Assembly (NCBI RefSeq): GCF_000621645.1
Contig: NZ_JHXR01000018.1
Coordinates: forward strand, 30,001-62,000
Source of the DNA: Vibrio cholerae ATCC 14035
Lineage (GTDB): Bacteria > Pseudomonadota > Gammaproteobacteria > Enterobacterales > Vibrionaceae
Direction of reading: 5' to 3'
DNA: 32,000 bases
Shown: positions 26,641-32,000 of the stretch, piece after piece
How the letters are laid out: each line of letters opens with the position of its first letter
How positions within the stretch are numbered: position 1 is the stretch's first letter
The notes under the pieces: generated by a model
Told to the model about the DNA's origin: nothing
Databases searched by the model: none
What the model saw: only the letters and a program-made list of their open reading frames with translations
Translations under genes and position numbers: made by a program

Positions 26641-28620
26641 ATGGGTTTATTGGCACGTCTTTTCTCTACAGCACCACATCATCCGACGCAACCAGCGGAG
26701 GTTAAGCCAGACCCGCTGATGCAATCTCCGGTAACCACCGAGACGACGGCATTACAGCCAGAACCACAGGTTGCGCCTTATCAAACTGACCTTGCGCTCA
26801 CCACGCCAGAGTCAGACCTCACACCCCAAGTCAATCAAGCTTTTGTTCAGGTGATTCGTGAACATCTGGCACTGTTGGAATGTGAGCCCAACGGCACGAT
26901 TTGCTATGCCAGTGATGCGTTTGCTCATCTCTGTCGGGTATCGGCTGAAGCGATGGTCGGAGCGGATTTTGCGAACTTATGGCGCACTCATCAGCAGCCA
27001 TCTGTGCAGCGCTTGCTGCAGGATGCTAAAAAAGGACACCCTGTTTCTGCCGAATTACAGCTCAGCCGCTCGCAAGAGGCAATCTGGATAAAAGCGGATC
27101 TGTATCCCATCAAGGCGATAAACGGTCAATTACAAAACGTGGTGGTACTGTTGCAAGATATCACTGCGGCCAAGCTGGAAAAAATTGACCGTAGTGGTCA
27201 AATGAATGCGGTCAATCTCACCCAAGCCGTGATTGAATTTACGCTCGATGGCACCATTCTGACTGCAAATCAGAATTTTCTGCAAACGGTGGGCTATCAG
27301 TTGGATGAGATCCAAGGGCGGCACCACAGCATGTTTGTTGATGAGCAGTATAAACAGAGTCAAGAGTACCAACATTTCTGGCAGCGTTTGCGCTCCGGCG
27401 AATTCTTTGTCGACGAATACAAACGTTTCGGCAAAGGGGGGAAAGAGATCTGGATCCAAGCCAGCTATAACCCGATTATGGACAGCGAGGGTAAACCGTA
27501 TAAGGTTGTCAAATATGCCACCAACGTGACTCAGCGTAAGATGGTGGTCAATGAAGTCAAACGCGTCATGACGGCGCTCTCCAGCGGCGATCTCAGTGCA
27601 CAACTCACGCATCCTTTTGAAGGTGAATTTGCTGAGCTCGGTGAGGTGATCAGTCAATTCATTGTCACATTGCGTCAAATCATTACTGACATCAACAGCG
27701 TCGCCGCGACCATCAAGCTAGCAGCGACGGAGATTTCCAATGGCAATACCGACCTCTCTAGCCGAACCGAGCAACAAGCCTCCAATCTGGAGCAAACGGC
27801 CTCCAGCATGGAAGAGCTAAACAGCACGGTGCGACAAAACTCGGATAACGCCATGCAGGCGAACATCCTTGCGGGTAAAGCCACGGAAATCGCCGCCAGC
27901 GGTGGAGAACTGATTGAGCAAGTGGTAGTGACTATGGCCTCGATTAACGAATCCGCGCAAAAGATCGCCGATATTATAGGTGTGATCGATGGTATTGCTT
28001 TCCAAACCAATATTCTGGCACTCAATGCTGCGGTAGAGGCCGCTAGAGCCGGTGAACAAGGCCGCGGATTTTCCGTAGTCGCCTCCGAAGTACGCTCACT
28101 CGCACAGCGCTCAGCCAATGCAGCGAAAGATATTAAGGCGCTCATCTCAGATTCCGTGAGTAAAATCAGCAATGGGAATGAATTGGTGGATCGCTCCGGC
28201 AGCACCATGAAAGACATAGTCGTGTCGATCAAGCGAGTCCATGATTTGATGGCCGATATCGCCTCAGCGTCAGCCGAGCAGGCAACGGGGATCAATGAAG
28301 TGAACCAAGCAGTCAATCAGATGGATGAGATGACCCAACAAAATGCCGCACTCGTCGAAGAGGCAGCCGCGGCTTCAGAAAGCCTATTAGCACAGGCCGA
28401 GCAGCTCTATGACCATGTCGCTATGTTCAGATTGCCAGATCAGGACACGAGCGCCCCATCACTGTTGAAAGCGGTCAATAAGCGCCCGCAATCCGCACCA
28501 GTGACTCGACATCCGGCCAGCCACATCGCTAAAACGCCAGCAAAAATCACGGCCAAAGCCAGCTCGAGGGCACAACCCGTTATGCAGGTCGCGCACGATG
28601 AAGAATGGGAGAGTTTTTGA
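26641..28620 (+). CDS. Soluble methyl-accepting chemotaxis protein with tandem PAS domains (BdlA-like architecture)
   Basis: 659 aa; SD AAGGAG. I see no hydrophobic TM segment. It has two PAS-like regions; the second (NLTQAVIEFTLDGTILTANQNFLQTVGYQLDEIQGRHH...ASYNPIMDSEGKPYKVVKYATNVT) is typical of cytoplasmic PAS-MCPs. The conserved signalling hairpin is IAFQTNILALNAAVEAARAGEQGRGFSVVASEVRSLAQRSA. The C-terminus ends EEWESF. Confidence 0.92.
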   Translation: MGLLARLFSTAPHHPTQPAEVKPDPLMQSPVTTETTALQPEPQVAPYQTDLALTTPESDLTPQVNQAFVQVIREHLALLECEPNGTICYASDAFAHLCRVSAEAMVGADFANLWRTHQQPSVQRLLQDAKKGHPVSAELQLSRSQEAIWIKADLYPIKAINGQLQNVVVLLQDITAAKLEKIDRSGQMNAVNLTQAVIEFTLDGTILTANQNFLQTVGYQLDEIQGRHHSMFVDEQYKQSQEYQHFWQRLRSGEFFVDEYKRFGKGGKEIWIQASYNPIMDSEGKPYKVVKYATNVTQRKMVVNEVKRVMTALSSGDLSAQLTHPFEGEFAELGEVISQFIVTLRQIITDINSVAATIKLAATEISNGNTDLSSRTEQQASNLEQTASSMEELNSTVRQNSDNAMQANILAGKATEIAASGGELIEQVVVTMASINESAQKIADIIGVIDGIAFQTNILALNAAVEAARAGEQGRGFSVVASEVRSLAQRSANAAKDIKALISDSVSKISNGNELVDRSGSTMKDIVVSIKRVHDLMADIASASAEQATGINEVNQAVNQMDEMTQQNAALVEEAAAASESLLAQAEQLYDHVAMFRLPDQDTSAPSLLKAVNKRPQSAPVTRHPASHIAKTPAKITAKASSRAQPVMQVAHDEEWESF

Positions 28621-28670
28621 GCCTGGGTTGGATGAAACCATGATGCAGCAGACATCGATACTCTGAGAGT

Positions 28671-28696
28671 AAAAAAGCGGCAACCGCCGCTTTTTT
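28671..28696. terminator. Bidirectional intrinsic terminator between the chemoreceptor gene and the FliL-like gene
   Basis: AAAAAA-GCGGC-aacc-GCCGC-TTTTTT. Confidence 0.75.
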
Positions 28697-28739
28697 GTTT
28701 ACTGACTCGTCGCTGAGCGATGCACCCAACACAATCCGA

Positions 28740-29150
28740 TTATTGGTAGATGTATTTCGTAAACAGCAGATCCGCGATCACAGTACGCCCTACCTCTGGC
28801 AACAGGATGTTGTTGAGGCGATTGACAAGCGACTTACGCAAATCCTCACGGCCCGCTAAGGATTTGATGGTGTCTTCGGTTTGCTTACCGAGCAGCTCAA
28901 CCACGGCATCACGAATCAAAGGTTGATGCTGCTCCACAACGGGGAGATCTGCAGCATTGGCGACCATAATATCGATCCGTACTTGGATATAACCCAATTT
29001 GTTACCTTTGGTAAAAAAATTGGTGGTGAGATCAGGTTCTAAAGTGAAATAAGCCAACTGAGGTACAGCAGATTTCTCTTCCGCATGGCTATGGAAAGGA
29101 ACAATGAAGCTCAAAGCGAGCATTATTTGGACGACGTAACGTTTTAGCAT
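28740..29150 (-). CDS. FliL-family (flagellar basal-body-associated) protein homologue
   Basis: 136 aa with an N-terminal signal/anchor (MLKRYVVQIMLALSFIVPF). YFTLEPDLTTNFFTKGNKLGYIQVRIDIMV...IRDAVVELLGKQTEDTIKSLAGREDLRKSLVNRLNNIL matches the FliL family pattern. No other flagellar genes are nearby. Confidence 0.75.
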   Translation of the reverse strand: MLKRYVVQIMLALSFIVPFHSHAEEKSAVPQLAYFTLEPDLTTNFFTKGNKLGYIQVRIDIMVANAADLPVVEQHQPLIRDAVVELLGKQTEDTIKSLAGREDLRKSLVNRLNNILLPEVGRTVIADLLFTKYIYQ

Positions 29151-29353
29151 ATTTCTGTCTGCTCTTTATTCTGTTCGCAATACTCGAACCGCCGGAGTCT
29201 TGTTACAATAGAGCATCCATTTGGTAAATAAAATGCTTTCCGCGTTCGAACTCTTTGGTTTGGAATCAAAATCTGAGCTTTATTGTATACCCAAACTCGG
29301 TGGTATTGCAGGTAGCTAGGGTAATCGGGTAAAGCGTCAAATTGAATAATAGT

Positions 29354-29893
29354 ATGAATCAATTAACTTCGCTCTATTTAGCCGCACTGAATCGCGTCAC
29401 TTGGCAACAGCCTGATGACATTGAATTTCCAGCCCCTTTAGCTCAGCAATGGCTACTCGAACAAGGCTCTCTTTCGCGCCGAATGGCGACGCAGTGTGAG
29501 CATCTGACCGTAGATTTATTAAGTAACCAAATCATGCTGGCGGACACCCTGAGCTATGATGAAACTCAACTGCTCGCCTCTGAAGAGTATCTTCTACGCC
29601 AAGTGATTATTTATGGCGACCAACAACCTTGGGTATTTGGCCATACTTTGATCCCTCGCTCATCCATGCACAATCAGCCGTTTGATTTCACCCAACAAGG
29701 GAAAATTCCACTAGGTCTCACCGTATTTAGTGCGGATAATGTTAAGCGAGATGCACTGCAAGTTGGCTGGGTAGAGACAGAACTCGGACGACTATTAGCC
29801 CGTCGCTCTCGCTTATGGATGAACAACAAACCCATGTTAGTGACGGAGCTGTTTCTCGCCACATCCCCGATTTACTCTAAGGAGAGAGTGTAA
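29354..29893 (+). CDS. ubiC: Chorismate pyruvate-lyase
   Basis: 179 aa from ATG 29354 (the track start at 29342 is a TTG). LGRLLARRSRLWMNNKPMLVTELFLATSPIY aligns with E. coli UbiC ([28 protein letters not shown]). ubiA follows immediately. Confidence 0.85.
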   Translation: MNQLTSLYLAALNRVTWQQPDDIEFPAPLAQQWLLEQGSLSRRMATQCEHLTVDLLSNQIMLADTLSYDETQLLASEEYLLRQVIIYGDQQPWVFGHTLIPRSSMHNQPFDFTQQGKIPLGLTVFSADNVKRDALQVGWVETELGRLLARRSRLWMNNKPMLVTELFLATSPIYSKERV

Positions 29894-30748
29894 ATGACCG
29901 CTGTAAAAGCGCGCGCTTACTGGCAACTGATGCGCATGGATCGCCCGATTGGCTCCCTACTCTTACTTTGGCCTACTCTGTGGGCGCTGCTTTTAGCCGC
30001 TCAAGGCTTGCCGGATCTTCGCGTCTTAGTCGTGTTTGTGTTAGGGGTTTTTTTAATGCGCTCGGCTGGGTGTGTGATCAACGATTACGCCGACCGCCAT
30101 GTCGATGGCCATGTGAAGCGCACGAGCCAACGTCCATTGCCCGCAGGGTTAGTTTCGGCCAAAGAAGCCTTACTGTTATTTGTTCTTCTTGCTGTCAGCT
30201 CGTTCTTACTCGTGTTGACTATGAATACCCTAACTATCCAGCTCTCTTTTATCGGTATTCTGTTAGCCTTTGTTTACCCGTTTATGAAGCGCTTCACTCA
30301 CCTGCCTCAACTGGTGCTTGGCCTCGCGTTCAGTTGGTCGATTCCTATGGCTTGGGCTGCTCAAGCAAATACGCTGACTCCACAAGTCTGGGTACTGTTT
30401 TTGATTAATGCGTTATGGACGATTGCTTACGACACTCAATACGCCATGGTCGACCGAGATGATGATGTGAAAATTGGCATCAAATCGACCGCGATCTTAT
30501 TCGGGCGTTGGGATAAACGCATCATTGGCCTACTGCAATTGGCCACTTTGAGTTTACTGGTCGCTCTAGGCCAAGGTTTAGCGCTTGGCACCAGTTACTA
30601 CTGGGGTCTACTGATCGCAGCGGGGCTGTTTGCTTACCAACAACATTTGATCCGTTATCGCGAACGTATGCCTTGTTTTCAGGCGTTTTTAAATAACAAC
30701 TATGTAGGAATGGCCATCACCGCAGGCATTCTGCTCAGCGTTTGGTAA
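29894..30748 (+). CDS. ubiA: 4-hydroxybenzoate octaprenyltransferase
   Basis: 284 aa polytopic membrane protein with UbiA prenyltransferase motifs [15 protein letters not shown] and [13 protein letters not shown]. The ATG directly follows the ubiC TAA. Confidence 0.95.
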   Translation: MTAVKARAYWQLMRMDRPIGSLLLLWPTLWALLLAAQGLPDLRVLVVFVLGVFLMRSAGCVINDYADRHVDGHVKRTSQRPLPAGLVSAKEALLLFVLLAVSSFLLVLTMNTLTIQLSFIGILLAFVYPFMKRFTHLPQLVLGLAFSWSIPMAWAAQANTLTPQVWVLFLINALWTIAYDTQYAMVDRDDDVKIGIKSTAILFGRWDKRIIGLLQLATLSLLVALGQGLALGTSYYWGLLIAAGLFAYQQHLIRYRERMPCFQAFLNNNYVGMAITAGILLSVW

Positions 30749-30764
30749 TCCCAGCTTAAGGCAA

Positions 30765-30795
30765 AAGAAAAGGCATCCGCAGGATGCCTTTTTCA
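30765..30795. terminator. Bidirectional intrinsic terminator between ubiA and plsB
   Basis: AAAAGAAA-AGGCATCC-gca-GGATGCCT-TTTTC. Confidence 0.7.
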
Positions 30796-30823
30796 TTCGG
30801 TTCGATTGGCTAGAACACAATCG

Positions 30824-32000
30824 TTACGCGTCAACCTGACACAAGCTTTCTTGAATCGTCATGCGCACTTCTGGGTAGATCAGCGCATAAAGCTGGCGAG
30901 AGAGCGGCTTCGCTGTTTCTAATACGCAACGCCCCTGATCATCGAGATATCCCTGCTCTTGCAACGTCACGAATAGCGAAGCAAATACCCCTTTGTCAAA
31001 GAACTCAGGCGCATTAATGCCATGCAAACGACCAAGACGCTGCGCCACTTCCTGACTCTTCTCTTCCAGCTCTGCTTTACCCAAATGTGGGCAGCTCACC
31101 AGCAGGTTCAGCGCAATCGCATAACGCTGCAGTGTTTCGGAGATAATGCGCCCCAGCAGCATCAGCACTTGAGTTTGCGCTTGATTCAGGGTGACGGTTT
31201 TCCCTTCCACCGTGACCAAACCTTGGCGTGCTAGCTCTGCCACATAACGCAGTACCAGATCGTTGAGTTCTTCTGCCTCAAAACGCAAAAACAGCTCTTG
31301 TTTCAGGAAAGGATAGATTTGTGCAACGGTCGCTTGCACCTTTTCCAGCGATACGCTTTGCTGACGAATCAACAACTGAGCGATCAGCGATGGCAGAGCC
31401 AACAGGTGGATAATGTTGTTGCGATAATAAGTCATCAGGATCGATTGGTTGCGATCCAGCGAAATAATGTCGCCCATGGTATCGGTTTCCACCACAAACT
31501 TATCCAACGACTCCGCATGTTCAACCAGCTTTTCTGCACTCTCACTCGGCAGCGTTGATGTGGCTGAATACGGCACATTGCGCAGCAGCGATAAGTAACA
31601 ATCCACCTGCTTAATCAGGTTGTCACGCGCCAAGGCACGCTGACGGGAAGCCAGCAGCGCCGTCGCACACAAGGTCATCGCATTCACTGCCGCGGCATCG
31701 TTGATGTGTGTCATCATACGGGTCGCGAGTTTATTCACCGTTGGCGTCATCCATTGCGGCTTGCTCTCGCCCATCGGGTCAATATCTTGCGTCCATTGCG
31801 GTACGGTTTCATTCAAAAACTGGTTGAGTGGGATCGGCTCACCGAAGTTCACGTAACCTTGACCAAAATTGCGCAGCTTACGCAACGTGCGCAGCACTAA
31901 ACCCGCATTCTCTTTCTCTTTACGTTTGCCGCGTAACTCTTTGGCGTAAGTACCTACTTCCATCACATGCTCATAGCCGATGTAGACTGGGACCAAAGTC
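30824..32000 (-). CDS. plsB: Glycerol-3-phosphate acyltransferase, C-terminal part (the gene continues beyond the right edge)
   Basis: [60 protein letters not shown] aligns closely with E. coli PlsB. The ORF is open to base 32000. Its position next to ubiCA matches E. coli. Confidence 0.95.

Noticed and set aside
27130-28316. Long antisense ORFs inside the chemoreceptor gene (182 aa and 213 aa). Similar shadow ORFs lie inside xerC (1223-1687), lysA, cyaA, polA, yihI (14805-15245), ubiA (29968-30408) and plsB.
   Set aside because: They lie opposite or out of frame to genes with unambiguous homology, and their translations are low-complexity with no recognisable motifs or SDs. They are typical shadow ORFs.

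Overview
The window reads as conserved core chromosome of a Vibrio. Gene order, about 47% GC and the two sRNA cores fit V. cholerae chromosome 1, roughly VC0093-VC0130; this identification comes from memory and synteny, not from a search. I support 30 protein genes. On the minus strand: yigB-xerC-yigA-dapF-lysA-lptM, cyaA, hemN, a DUF2489-like gene, yihI, a Zn-ribbon SAM methyltransferase, cytochrome c4, polA, a GNAT, hemB, a FliL-like gene, the plsB 3' part, and an unidentified gene start at the left edge. On the plus strand: cyaY, hemCDXY, engB, a TatD-family hydrolase, glpE-glpG, a soluble PAS-PAS chemoreceptor and ubiCA. Several ORF-track entries are over-extended at the N-terminus and were trimmed by homology and Shine-Dalgarno (SD) position (cyaA uses TTG). 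Two known sRNAs missing from the ORF track were recognised directly: Spot 42 (spf, 18028-18134, minus) downstream of polA, and the long Vibrio form of RyhB (about 21538-21758, minus) with a Fur-box promoter next to the GNAT gene. I see no mobile element, CRISPR array, prophage, defence or toxin-antitoxin module, tRNA or rRNA, and no novel protein-coding system. The unexplained signal is non-coding. Two dense clusters of DnaA boxes plus GATC sites lie 3.5 kb apart, in the polA-ryhB spacer (21122-21506) and the tatD-glpE spacer (24763-25025). They share an identical 16-mer, CTGTGGATAACTCTGT, that as I recall matches the flanks of the E. coli oriC R4 box. This suggests datA/DARS-like or oriC-like DnaA assembly sites that I do not know to be described. 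Lesser items are an orphan minus-strand intrinsic terminator implying an unannotated roughly 300-nt transcript between spf and engB, a 40-46 aa Cys/His ORF, a triple-GATC palindrome upstream of the chemoreceptor, and a methyltransferase translationally coupled to yihI. All functional readings of these are inference.
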